A stretch of 64,000 nucleotides of DNA, from assembly GCA_002269645.1 (NCBI GenBank), contig NIVC01001811.1:310001-374000 (forward strand), written 5' to 3'. Below, piece after piece: positions 26,130 through 38,399 of the stretch. Source of the stretch: Macrostomum lignano. Taxonomy: Eukaryota. The number at the start of each line of letters is the position of its first letter. Within the stretch, counting starts at the first letter, position 1. The position numbers and the translations under genes are program-made. The notes beneath the pieces are model-generated. The model did no database searches. It worked only from the letters and a program-made list of their open reading frames with translations, and had not been told where the DNA came from.

Positions 26130-26620
26130 TGAATGCAAAAATTTATACAGAGTCACGCAAGCCTTCACTATCTCAGCAGCATATCGAGGACCCCGAACGC
26201 GCAAACCGTTCAGACAGGGAAATCTCAGCTTCAGTATTCAGATGCTGCGTTCTACTACCGATCGCGTTTTCTTCTGGGCCCGGTTGAACGCGGTGGTGGC
26301 AAGAGGCAGGTTGTCGCCAAGTACAGGTGGGACCAAGTATGACAGCTCCAGGAAAAGGTCGCCAATGCTCAGTCTCATATCTCGTAAATAGACTGCTGTT
26401 TCGTAAAACTCTAGCGTCACTGACACTGCCTGGCCACGATGCGTTGCAGTAGTAGAATTGATGGCCCGGACCGCTCACAAGAAGCACATTCAATGAGTGT
26501 TGACCTTTAAGGTCAATGAGTTGGTTCTCGTGTAGTTCGGGCTTCATTATCGGAATAAGCGTTCCGAATACCGAATACCGAATAAGCGGTAAGTCCGCAA
26601 ACGGACGGAAGTCCAGCAAT
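26130..26620 (-). pseudogene. Harbinger transposase core fragment
   Basis: KGQHSLNVLLV...NASWPGSVSDARVLRNS...RPFPGAVILG. Confidence 0.8.
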
Positions 26621-26808
26621 GTCGTAGAACCTTTGTGAAATACCGATTGACTCCGGCCATGTAACAAGTGGCGTTCCTTTCTGTCCTAGAAAGCCTGAAG
26701 GATTTATCTACTCTCTACACAGCTATAATGTTGTAGAGCGAAGCGTGAAGTACCATTTAAGTTCAAAAAGACGAGAATCGACGAACAGGGAGTGACGGTG
26801 GCACTGAA

Positions 26809-27253
26809 ATGCAAATAACGGAATTGGACTACCTGATCCTGGATACCATTGGGAAAGACAGTGCCGGTGTGACTGGACTGCCCGTCGACGATTCTACTCC
26901 AGGGACGCCAACAAGGGCGAAGGAAGAGACGCCGACAAAGGAGAAGGAAGGGACGCCGACAAAGGAGAAGGAAGGGATGCTGACAAAGGAGAAGGAAGGG
27001 ACGCCGACAAGGGAGAAGGAAGGGATGCCGACAAGGGCTCGTGACGGCACGATTGTTGGAGGAGTCAGCTACAGCGGTGTCGGCAGAACTGGCAGGCAAC
27101 GGAAAGCTGCATCAACGAGAACCACATCGCAAGCGCAAGTCTGTCGATGAAAAAGAGAAACTGCTGATCGAGAACTTACGACTACGAAACGAAAAATTGA
27201 GGCTGGAGATAGAGCGTCTGCAAAACGATAGGGCCGGTTCGCCAGTGTTCTAA
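26809..27253 (+). pseudogene. Harbinger Myb-protein C-terminal part with a 24-bp coding repeat (TPTKEKEG x~5)
   Basis: ILDTIGKDS and LRLRNEKLRLEI resemble the 22.6-kb ORF; tandem acgccgacaaaggagaaggaaggg. Confidence 0.72.
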
Positions 27254-27498
27254 AAGTTATCTCGGGGCAGTGCTACGCGTTTTTGACCCAAAAACTTCCT
27301 GCAAATTCGTAATTTTTTGTTGGTTGTTACTATGCTTTGAAATAAGCACAGTATTGTTACTGTAAAGCACTTCTATTTCGATATACCGGTAAATACAAAG
27401 AAGCAAAAAACGTGGAAACACCTAACACGGTTAATTCTGATATGGATATAAAAAATCGGATAATTCAGTTTAATCAATAATCTGCCTGACTGAAGAAT

Positions 27499-28060
27499 TT
27501 AAGTGTTAAACGTTGCAATCAAGGCGGCTCGTCTCTGGGCTTCATGCACGTTAGCCTGTGCAACTCCCATGAAGGCGTCTTCATTCTCTGCAGCTATGTG
27601 GGCCTCAGCAATTGCGTCATCAACCGCCCCTTTAAGGGCAATGCAGAAGTTATAAATGTTGACACACGTCTTAACCACCTCTGCAGCAAAACCGATTTTT
27701 CTGAGCATGCGCGGACATGGGAATTGGATCTTTAATAATCCTATACTACGCTCCACCAGTCAGCGGGTCACTTTTAAGGATCTGTTGAAGGCCGTGGTGG
27801 CGTCCGACAAATTGTCATTAAGAACGGTTGGTATTAGCCAATATTAGTGGTATATGGAATCGCCCAGAAGCACTGCACCTGGAAAAGGGCGGAAGCCATT
27901 GTTCTCAAATTACGTGTATAGACTACTATTGCGCAACACTCGAGCATCGTTAACACTTCCAGGCCATGAAGCATTGCATGCCAAGAACTGGTGCTATGGG
28001 TCAGCAACTAGCATCACGTTCAAAGACTGGTTCCCCTTACGGTCGACAAACTGCTCCTCG
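27499..28060 (-). pseudogene. Harbinger transposase C-terminal half
   Basis: DRKGNQSLNVML...NASWPGSVNDARVLRN...VLLGDS...VERSIGLLK. Confidence 0.8.
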
Positions 28061-28435
28061 TTATTTCTTGGCGACACAATCGGCACGAGGGTCTCATCGA
28101 TAATGAGGGTTGCATCACAACTCGCTGACGGCGATGAACCACAGACACCCCTGAGACCCAGCCCGAGCAGCGAGGAGTCTGATCGCCAACCCTCGACGCC
28201 TGCGAGCGTTCAATCACGGCAGCAGTCTGTGAGAGCATCCGCGCCGCGACGAGTCACCAACGAGACGACTGAGACGATAGGACTTAGCAATGCCGAGCTT
28301 CAGCGAATGGTGCTACTCGACCAGCTCAGGTATTTTCGTACGAAGACACGGCGCGAGCTGGAACGGGAGGCCTACCAACGACAGTCGCAGATGCAACAGC
28401 ACACAAGCGACTTCGGGGATGCGTCTGCTTCGTAA
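28060..28435 (+). pseudogene. Harbinger Myb-partner C-terminal fragment
   Basis: Low-complexity linker then ELQRMVLLDQLRYFR; convergent with the transposase ending at 28812. Confidence 0.5.
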
Positions 28436-28811
28436 ATGCAACTTTAGGGGCCAATATAAAGCTTATTATAGGTTTTCGGACTGCTAAGCACGCTTGTTAC
28501 TTGTTATTGTTAATATTGTTACTTACGTTACAGTCAAATTGTTCTTAACAGTTAGTTTACGTGGTTATGACGCCTTAAATATACGACGACAAGTAAGAAA
28601 AAAACAGTAAACGTTTATTGTTGTCATAACAAACGTAAAACACAGTTGTTATTTACTAACGTTAATATTATTAGCTAGGTTAGGGTCAGATTGCAGTACC
28701 TTACAATTAGTTTACCTAGTTAGGAAGCTTTAAACATACGTTGACAAATATGAAAAAAACAGCAAACGTGAGCAGCATGAGGTAAGTCACTACGGATCGC
28801 AACGCAGTTTT

Positions 28812-31800
28812 TCATGGCCCATGCCTGAACATGATGTCGGCGATAGCGTTCCGGCGCTGGACTCCGGCCGCTCTTTTCGCGGCCTCACTGGCATTGTTCA
28901 CGTCGAACGGTGGTGCGAGGGGCTCTTCCATCTCCTCAATGGCTTCATCGTCAACGGCATCATCGTTGAGCTCCTGCGCAATGTTGTGTAGGACAACAGC
29001 GAGCGACAATAAATGTCGGAACTCTTTCCAACCGGACATGGCACATGTATTTGAGGATCGGAAAACGTCGCTTTAATTGCTCAAATGTATTCTCGATTGA
29101 GACTCGCGCCTCTGAATGTCGCTTGTTGAAGTCCACTTCGTCTGGTGCTCCAGGATTCCGGAATGGCTTCATGAAGAAGGGTGTGATGCCGTAGCCCTCG
29201 TCTTCTAGGAGCACTATCCCTGTTCTATTCGACAGGTCTGGGTAGATGTCCGAATTTTTAAAAATGCAATTATCGAGAGCAGACCCTGGCCAAGACGCGT
29301 CAATACTATACCTTTTTGCAATCAATTTCGTCGTTTTTGCGTTCAATTTCGGCGCGAGCGCTAGTGTGCAGTCCAAACAACTGAGCCATAGACACTGGGC
29401 AACTTTTGCGTCCTATTTCGGCAGCTTGCGGCATCAGACATTCTCCATTTGAAATTACAGAAACTAGCCTCGCCGCCACAAAATAACCATGGATACGCAT
29501 GAACAATAAAGGACAATACAAATAAGAAACAACTAGACTTGAACAGTGTAGTAGACAATAAAGGACAATACAAATAAGAAACAACTAGACTTGAACAGTG
29601 TAGGAGACAATAAAGGACAATACAAATAAGAAACAACTAGACTTGAACAGTCTATTAGAAACAGATTTTAGTCCACAGAGTATACAGAGTTTCATTGGGT
29701 CGCATCACTTAAGCCAAAATATCCTCGGCATCCAGGCAACGCTGCACGTACGTCTGGCCGTGGTTCACCCATTGCAGACACTTGAACGGTGTAATGTCCT
29801 GCGCTGCAATGCGCACCAAGCGTTGCAGCAGCTGGAGTCGATGTTGCTGCAGTGAGATACCCGCTGCTTGTGCAGCGGTCTGATCGCCGGCCTCCCGCTG
29901 CACTGCAGGCGACGAGAGATGGCTCCTTGGTCACGGGAGTGTTCCAATCCACTGGATTCCCTCTCATGAGCTTAAGAGTGATGAGTCTTCCATCCAGTGC
30001 ACGCTGATGGCAAACAGTGACACATTCACTAGATTGGGGAATCCCTGCAGGATATGGTTCCTCATCTGCGCCAGTGTTGCGCCAGGTTGTGTCTCCAGGA
30101 ATTCCGTGATCGCATTCACCATCTCATCTGTCAAGCGACGCCTCTTTGCTCCGCCTTTTGAAAGAGGGTCCGCTCTGCCCTGGTCAGCGTAGGCTTTGAT
30201 AATGCTTGCCGCAGTTTGGCGCGCAAAGCCCAGCACACGAGCGAGCGCTCGCCAGTCTGCATTGGAGTCGTAAGCTGCGATCAGTCTCTGTCGATCAACT
30301 GTCGTGACGCGCGTGTATTGTCCTCTTGGAGGCATTCTAGCCGGGAGCAGAAAGTAAAAACACCGAAATATACTTGCGGAGACGACTATAGGCCTGCTTT
30401 AGGAGACAAATTTTTCATCCCACCCTCACTGAACGCGATCGAGTGAGAAAGTGTCTATGGCAAAAACATTCGAACTGTGCCCACAGTGCCCATGTGATTG
30501 CGCTGCCGAAATAGGACGCAAAAAGGCCGAATTTGAACGCAAAAGTTGCCCAGTGTCTATGGCTCAGTTGTTTGGACTGCACACTATCGCTCGCGCCGAA
30601 ATTGAACGCAAAAACGACGAAATTGATTGCAAAAAGGTATAGTCAAGATGCAGTTCTCGTTCGTTGTGGCCTGCACATTTATGGAGGCATACCCTTTTCG
30701 GTTCACGCACTCATTGCCAATAACACCAGCAGGCTTCTCGATCTGCACGTATGTACAGTCAATCACTCCAATGGCAGACGGGTATTTGTACTTGTCAAAG
30801 AAGCTCCGCTTGGCTTCTTGAATAGTTTGTGGTGACTCAGTTGGCCACTTAATGAACGATTGAGCATCGCCGTAGATAGCTTGTACAACTTGCCATGCCA
30901 TTTTAGAAACAGTCGTCTGGTGTATGCCAAACTCACGAGCTACGCCAGTCTGAAAGCCTGGATTGGCGAGATATCTGAGAGCCACCTCCATGCGTTCAAC
31001 AGGTAGAAGTGCACCACCATGCGTTTCACGACCAGTGCCAATTAATCTTTCCGGGTGAGCTTCTACGCTATTTCGATGAAAGCGAAACAGACGCCGGTAT
31101 TCGTCATCCCGATACACATCTGAGTGATGACGCTCCAAATACAGTTTCCGCCGAGCAGGCGCTACATCAGGCATGTATTCGGCCGTGCTCCAGAGTTTGA
31201 AAATCTCAAGAAAAGCTTTAGCTTTAGCCTTCAGGAGTTTAGCTTTGACGATTTATCTGCTTTTTACACTGCGACTCGTTCTTGAGTCTGCCAGGAGGCT
31301 GCCTCAACGTTTTCTGAGCAATTGCTCGGAAATTTAGTCTATGGTAGTAGTTTTATTCTTATTGACCTGAGTAATTGCTCAATCTCAGAGTATTTGCTCT
31401 GAAATCGGAGCAATTTCTCATTTTAGTCATATGGCATCTTTGAAAGAGTATGGCCTCTACTGGCGGCCTTGAGACCAAGTTTGCGAGCGACGGTGCCGTC
31501 GAGATGAGAGTAGGAGCACCCTGAGTCGAGAAGGATGTTGCAATCGACGGTCGTCCTTCGTCAGTCAGTTTCTACTTCGAGACAGACGCTAGGACGAAAG
31601 ATAAGGCGATTTATCCGACACACAAGAGATGCCGGGACCGCTTTCTCTTCGTCTATGGCCAAGGGGTGCCAAGCAGTTACTCAGAATGAGGAGCAAATGC
31701 TCCGCATTTGAGAAATTTCTATATTAATTTGAACATTAAGCAACCGCTCCAGATCAGAGCAGTTTCTCGAGTTCGAGCTCTTGCTCAATCTCAGAGTTTG

Positions 31801-31843
31801 AGGTGAAACTCGCCAGTTATTGCTCACTTTATTCATACGGCCA
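28812..31843 (-). mobile_element. Harbinger arm: transposase (31174 to 28812) split by a Tc1 insertion; terminus TTATTCATACGGCC at ~31830-31843
   Basis: IDCTYV, NRKGYASINVQ | IDASWPGS, DEGY, SIENTFEQLKRRF, LHN; the halves rejoin in frame. Confidence 0.85.
29309..30639 (-). mobile_element. Internally deleted Tc1/IS630-like element, ~105-bp TIRs, TA target duplication
   Basis: TA|TACCTTTTTGCAATC...GATTGCAAAAAGGTA|TA; HTH N-term 29964-30335 (VDRQRLIAA, as in the 47.6-kb transposase); DDE core missing; 52-bp x3 repeat at 29503-29650. Confidence 0.88.
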
Positions 31844-33822
31844 CAAGAAAGTTCCTCCTGTCTAAAAAATTTCGCGGGGATCGGCGTTGCTGCGCATGCA
31901 GCAAATCATGCAAATGCATAAAATCCATATCCGACTTAGATAGAAGTTAATTGGTTGAAATTGTGCTCTAGCTATCAGTCTTCCGGCTTTATAAAATCGC
32001 TTTTTTTGATCTCTGCAGAAGATTTATAAATATACAACCATAGACAGTTAACCGTTATTTTCTACCAGTGTGTTTAAAAACCCGAGCCCAAACATTAACC
32101 ATTAACCATAGATAAATATCTGCTATCCGTATTTTATATAATTGACCCCTGACGATCCAGAGTTGAAATTTTCATATAGAGCATGGTGTGAGCCTTATAC
32201 GCTCGTATTACCCGCTGTTCCAAGCAATTAGTCAAGTTGCGGGCTTAATTTTTCAAGCATTTGTCTATGGGACATATATGGGCCTGAATTTTGCCTGATG
32301 CCCGCTATTTATTTTTACAACAACAGCAACACAAAGGGCGAGGAGGCAAGGAGGCGCTGAGTGGGTCTGTCGTCCTGCAGGCATGGCTTTCCGGCACCCT
32401 TATCGATACCCAGAACCTCGTGATTGGACATGCGGTCGAGAAGCATCTCAAGGTGAAGTCCACCGCCTCCGAGATAGGCATTGGCGACGAGAACCTGGAA
32501 GGAGCCAAGGAAGCCGTTTATGCACCGGGTGTTCGTGCTGTCGAGGGAGCCGTTGAGAATTGCGCTAAAAAGTGTCAGGTATGCCGTGAGGGTTGGTCGC
32601 AGAGCCAGGGCAGGAACGGCGGGGCCGATCAGGAGCTGGCTGACGTCGCCGCTGAGGATGAGATCGAGAGAGATGTCCTTATCATGGGCAGGTGAAGGGT
32701 TGCAGACGCCGTTTAGGACGCTCTTGAGGGTGTTAAGTACGTCCTTTGGAAGATCGACGGCGGGCATGTAGATCGGAGCTGCCAGCTGTTCAGACGCGAG
32801 GGCGGTGATTGGCCAGCAACGGCCATCCGGAGCTTGGAGGTCGAAGCCTCCAAGATCGCAGGTGACAGGACGCCTGGACTCTGCATGAAAAGTTTAGATT
32901 GATGTGGCAATCGTAAGCTTCCTGGCGGCCTTGAGACCAAGTTTGCGAGCGACGGTGCCGTCGAGATGAGAGTAGGAGCACCCTGAGTCGAGAAGGATGT
33001 TGCAATCGACGGTGCGGCCGTCCTTCGTGTTGACGGCCGTTGCGAGGAGGGTCGCCATAATGGTTGGAACGAGGCCTCCGTCTGCTGGGGCAGAGACGAG
33101 AGAGTTGACTGTCTCCTTGGAGTTTAAATCTCCAACGGCAGCGTTAAGGTTGGGGTTTGAACGAGTAATCGCTGAACTTTATTTGGAACTCGCAAAGCTG
33201 GCTCCGTGGAGAGTAGTGTGGTGCGGCCCGTCGCACTCGCGACATCGAGGGTGTCGCGGCAGTCTCGGTGTGGTGACGCGAGGAGCTGCATTCAGTCAGT
33301 GGCCGCCTGGGCTGCGAGTGGATGGCGGCCGGGACGCAGCGTTGCCCAGAAGACTGGCGGAGGCGAATGGCGCAGCTGGCACTGTGGCTAAGGCGGCTCT
33401 GAGGGTCTTGAGATTGAAGTCGAGATGGTCATGGAGCTCTGCCATGGTGGGCATGAGAGGCTGCCTATTAGAAGCGCGAAGATTGCGGATCTCCCTCTGG
33501 AACTCAAGCGACAGGCGGCTCTAGAGCGCGTAGACGTAGCTGTCGAGGGTACCGGCAAGCTCGCCAAGGCGGAGAAGCTGGCCGGTGGCCAGGCGGAGGC
33601 CGTCCGTGAATTCCTAGAGCTCACCCAGGTCGGAGGCAAAGCTGCAGTGAAGGGCGAGGAGACGCTGGAAGGAAGCGTTCTCCTTCTTCATTGGCTGTGT
33701 GTCGGCGTAGTTGGCCTGAAGGACACGACAGGACTCAGCGTAGGCGTTTGGCTGGCAGGCGTCGAGAGCACCGAGCTTCTCGAGAGCGGAGCCGGAGAGC
33801 AGACCGCGAAGCGCCTCGAATT

Positions 33823-36800
33823 GTTGTTGTTGTTGTTGTTAGTTCCCGGCCGGGTTAATATCCGGGGGGCCGGTTTGCGCCCCTACCGCCTAGAGAAAGT
33901 GCAGTGCGCGCGGGCCGTCGTCGTGGAGGATGGCCAGCGTCGGGTTCTCGCCCAAGATTTGTCGTCTGGTCTCGGTTGTGGTGCGGCATTCCAGAAGCAG
34001 ATGTTTGAGGTCCTCCGGGGCCTCCCCGCAGGCTGGGCAGGTGGCCTCCAGTTCCAGCCCGATGCGGTGCCGGTACTGTCGGAGCATCGGGCAGTGGCCA
34101 GTGCGTAGCTGGGCTAGCAGGACTCTGTCCTGACGGTTCATGAAGTTTTCTGTTTGGGTCGTCGTCCGTTGGTGCAGGTGCGGTGGGTGCTGCAGTGCTC
34201 GTTTGCCTTGTACAATTGGATGAAGTCGTTGTGGGCCGTTTCCAGGATGGCAGAGCGCGCGCTGCGGTGATCCAGAGGTGCGTTGGTCTGATCAAGAGTG
34301 GCAGCAGCGCGGGCTGTGGCGTCGGCGAGATCGTTGCGACGAAGGTCGCAGTGACCCGGGACCCATTGCAGGGTCACGTGGTGGCCTGGCGGTAGGCGTC
34401 TCAAAATACGCAGGATTTCGCGGCAGCACGAGGAAAGCCGCGGGCTGGGGCCGCCTTTGAGGCAGCGGAGCAGGGTCTGGGAGTCAGTCGCGCAGCGCAG
34501 CTCGCGGTTTCCCAGCGTGCATTCTTCCGCTCGGAAGGACGAGGTCAGGTCTCCGCCGGTGCTCTGAGAATGCGCGTCGGCGAACCGCGGGTGTAGAGTA
34601 CGGCTCCTGCTCCGCCGTTGGTACGCACTCCTGATGCTGAGCCGTCCGTCCAGAGTTCCAGGTCTGCGGGGGGGAGCGACGCTAGGGTCTCCAGCGCCGC
34701 GGGCCTGCGGACATGCGATGGGTCGTTTCGGGAACACTTAGTAATGAGGGAGTCATGGATGTGAAAACTAGTCGAGGAAGACCACGGTGGCACCAGCTCG
34801 TTGTCGGTTTCGATTTGGCGCTCGGCCAGTCCGACTCTGTGGGTCAGCTCTCTAGCACACCTGCGCCAGCATCTGCGGAAGTTGCCGTTTCCGCCGTGAG
34901 CGCGGATGCGAGGAGTGACTTCTCTGTCGGCGATGTTGCGGAGCGGGGTGGCTTGACGTTGGCGAAGCGTTTTGTCCAGGAGCGTCACTGCCGCGGCCGC
35001 CGCACTGTGTGCCAGGGGTTGGAGTCCGGCTTCGATAAGGAGCGCGGCAGTCGGCGTAGATTTGCAGCACCCTGAGATGACGGGCAGCCTCGTTGTGAGC
35101 AGATTCCACCAGTTGTCTGCAGGCGTCCGACGCGAAGTTTAACCAGGCTGCAGCGCCGCGGAGAGCAGCCGACTCGGCGTAGGTTCTGTAGAGTTGCGAC
35201 AGGAGCCCTGGGTCCTGGCCCCAGTCACGCCCGGCGAGGCAGCGGGGAGCGTTGGTCCTCTTTGGAAGTTTTGTTTTTGTACCGACGCATGGTGCCGGAA
35301 CGTGAGCTGGGAGTCGAGGTGCACGCCCAGGAGTCTTGGGTGGGATGGGATTCGTACGGGGCTCGGTCTGTTTTGTTCGGTCTCGCTTTGCCGTTGACCT
35401 CGCGGGGGTCGAGGGAGAAGAAGGAAACAACCGATTTGGACTTGTTGAGGTCCACCTTCCAGGTTTGGGACCAGGCAACAAGCCAATCGGCTATCTCTGC
35501 AGTTTTGACTCGCACTCCCTGAGTTTGTGGCCTTGGGCGCCGAAGGTGGTGTTGTTGGCGTATCCGACCGCCAGGACGTTTTCGGGGGCGTCGTTGAGCA
35601 GGTCGTCGATGTACACGTCCCAGAGCGTCGGGGCGAGAACGGATTCTTGCGGTAGGCCCTCGGTGAAGATCCGGACGCGACTGCGGGCCCCGTCCCAGGT
35701 GACGAGGGCACGGCGATCGCTGATGAAGTTTTTAATCCACCGGTTCATGCACGTGGGCGTCCCTTTCCTGTGGAGCTTGGCGATTTGGGCTTTACGCCAC
35801 ACTCACTCATATGCTCTGGAGAAATCAGCTAAGAGTAGGGCGGTCCGCTTCGCTGGTTTCTGAGCTTGGAAGCCGTCGAAGATGTATTGGGTGACAGCTG
35901 TGATCTGCTCCTCGGTGGAGCGGTTCCGGCGGAAACTGGCTTGGGCTGGATTTAGCAGTTTATTCTCTTCCAGATGAAAGGTGAGGCGTTCGTTAACGAG
36001 CCGTTCATCGATTTTGGCAGTGCAAGAGAGAAGGCAGATAGGGCGGTAACTCGCAGTGATGCTATGATCTTTCCCGGGTTTGGGGATCGGGCGAATATCG
36101 CCCAGACGCTACATTGCCGGGATTTCAGCGGTGCGCCAGGAGATGTTGATGGCGAGCAGCAGCAGTTCCAGGCCTTGAGTTGGCAGATTTTTGAGCATTA
36201 AGTTCGAAACGCCGTCGCTGCCCGGTGCCGATCTGCTGGGGACTCCTCTGATGGCTCTGGTCAGAGCTTCCATCGGGAAGTCGGCGCACAGGCCCGTCCG
36301 GTGGTTTTGGCAGCTGCAGGTGTCCCGCACAGCTCTTCTGGCTTCGTTTCGGATGTCTTTGTCGGCAGATTTGTCTTTCGGGATTTTGGCGACATTGGCG
36401 TACTCTTGACAGAAAAGATCGGCTTTCTGGCGGTCGGAGGTGGAGGAGCGGCCTTGTGGGTTTTGGATCGCCCCTGATGGGCGGGAGGCTCGCTGGAGTT
36501 GTCGCTGATGAAGTCGCGCCACAGGGCTTCCTTTGCGTTGCGGATGGTGGCGGTGGCGTGTGCTGCCGCCTCCTGGAACGCCTGGGCGAGTTGGTCGTCG
36601 TTGGGGTTGGCTCGGAGGTCTTCTAGCGCCTGGCGCCTGGCCGCGCACGCTGCTTCTGCTTCTGGGCACCACCAGGCGATAGGGGCGCGGCGGGATCCCT
36701 GCGGGATCGCTTTGCGGGCCGCGTCCATGATCGCCTCGGTGAGCTTGTTGGCGGCTCTGGTGGCAGTCTTTGGTGGTCTGGCGGTCCAGTTTTTAAGGCG

Positions 36801-37945
36801 CTCGCTGATGATAAGGCGGTATTTGTCCCAGTCTGCTTTGTGGTAAGCCAAGCGAGTGTTTTTCACAGGGAGCGGGTTTGGGTTAATAACGTCAATGATA
36901 ATGGGCAGGTGATCAGATCCGATGTGTTTGCCGGTGTTCCATTCCAGCTTGTCCTGCCAGCTGGCAGGGACGAAGGAGTCGTCGGGGCTGCTGGTGATGC
37001 CTCTGGCGTTGACTCTGGTTGGGCCGCCGTCGTTGAGGGCCACGTAGTCGTTGGTGGTAGCCCAGTCTTCAAAAACGGAGCCTCGCTGGTCTTCAGAGTC
37101 GCAGTTATCCTCCCACATGCCGTGGTGCGCGTTGATGTCTCCGAGGATGAGCACGTCCGGAGTGGCAGTGGCGTCACCGTCGCGGTTTATAGCGCGGTCC
37201 CTACGGCCTGCCAGTTGCCAACCGGGGAGGCGCGGGACCTGAGACGTGGGCGACAGATTCGATTCCTGGATGCAGGCAATGTCCGCTTGGTGTTCTTCGA
37301 GGAATCGGAGGAGTTCGAGGCGTCGAGCTCTGAGGCCGGCTGCATTGAGTTGTATGATGCGGAAATTTGCATTGTCTTTGTTTTTAGCGTTTTTAGCGTG
37401 CGGAGTCCCGTCGGTCGGATACGTGGCCATGTTTTCAGTCCGACGGTGGACCGGGGGAGGCGGGTTTGGCGGGCTAGGCGGATCAGGCGGCGGCGTTGGG
37501 CTGTCCGTCTGTGCCGTCGGCTGACGGCAGTTTGCGCACCGCCAGGGTCTCCGGTCACGACCGATGTTGTTGATTTCGGCTATGCTAAGGTTGCTGCAAC
37601 GGCGGTGCCACCAGCGAAGGCAAGAGGAGCAGCGGGTGGAGTAGTCTTTGCGGGTGACATTCTGATTGCAGGCTCCGCACGGGAAGGCTGGTCCCGGGTT
37701 TTGTTCGATGTCTCCAGCCCGGATGAGAAGCTGGCCGAGGTGGGCTGGGGAGCCAGGGCCAGCTTGGTAAAAGAATGCCGATGTGGTAATGACGCGCCGA
37801 AAGCGCGCTCTGCACTCTTCCCAGGGTCAGGGGTGTTGCTGCACTTTGCTGGGCGGGCGCCCAGTCGGTCCCACCGCGAGATGGTGGCAGCGTTGGGAGG
37901 CGCGCCAGGCGCGCCCGGTAGTGGGGTGCCCCACCACCACCAAAA
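33823..37945 (-). mobile_element. Full-length Ingi/I-group-like non-LTR retrotransposon: 2A-PHD-APE-RT-RNaseH-CCHC, (CAA)n tail
   Basis: 14-bp TSD AAGCGCCTCGAATT (33809-33822, 37946-37959); QLNAAGL/CIQES/GDINAHH/SDHLPI, PQESVLAP/YANN, WTDGS/WVPGH, CPAC..H..C; several frameshifts. Confidence 0.93.
37527..37733 (-). other. 2A (StopGo) peptide followed by a PHD finger, in frame with the APE ORF
   Basis: LLIRAGDIEQNPGP (DIEQNPGP at 37689-37712), then CGAC..CSSC..WH..C..WRCANC; in frame with ATG 37430. Confidence 0.88.
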
Positions 37946-38399
37946 AAGCGCCTCGAATTTGTCGACATCGTTGAGGCTGGAGCGGTCAACGCGGTAGACG
38001 AAGGCGTCCCAGATGCCCGGAAATACGGCAGGGTCCGTACCATCGAAGGTCGGGAGATGCACGTTCTTGAGAATGGTGGAGCGGATGAGCCCGGCCAGAT
38101 CGTGAGCATCTGATGCGGGCGTTGAGGCTGTTGTATCTCTAATAGATAATCGGCTCTGCCTAATAATCCGCTCAGTAGCGGTAGCCGTCTTCAGTATATT
38201 TGCATACGGATATAGTCACGCGTATAATAGTCAATGGCCAAAGCCACACAACTAAGGCTGGAGATACACCATCTCCCATTTCAAAGTTCAAAATTATAGG
38301 TTTTCCACCAAGCGTCAACATGTAGCCTCTGAGGTTTCTTAGTCTCTCGGCCGAATCGGGTCCTCCTTGGCTCAGCAGACCCTCCGGATACTGCAGGCA

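Larger units (their letters stand above)
32330..38130 (-). mobile_element. BEL/Pao LTR retrotransposon remnant (gag + protease), interrupted by a LINE
   Basis: LPTFDG.DP..F...W.AF...DKFEAL|RGLLSGSA gag motif; later ILLDSGCSYSH protease and LDLILSGD. Confidence 0.8.
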
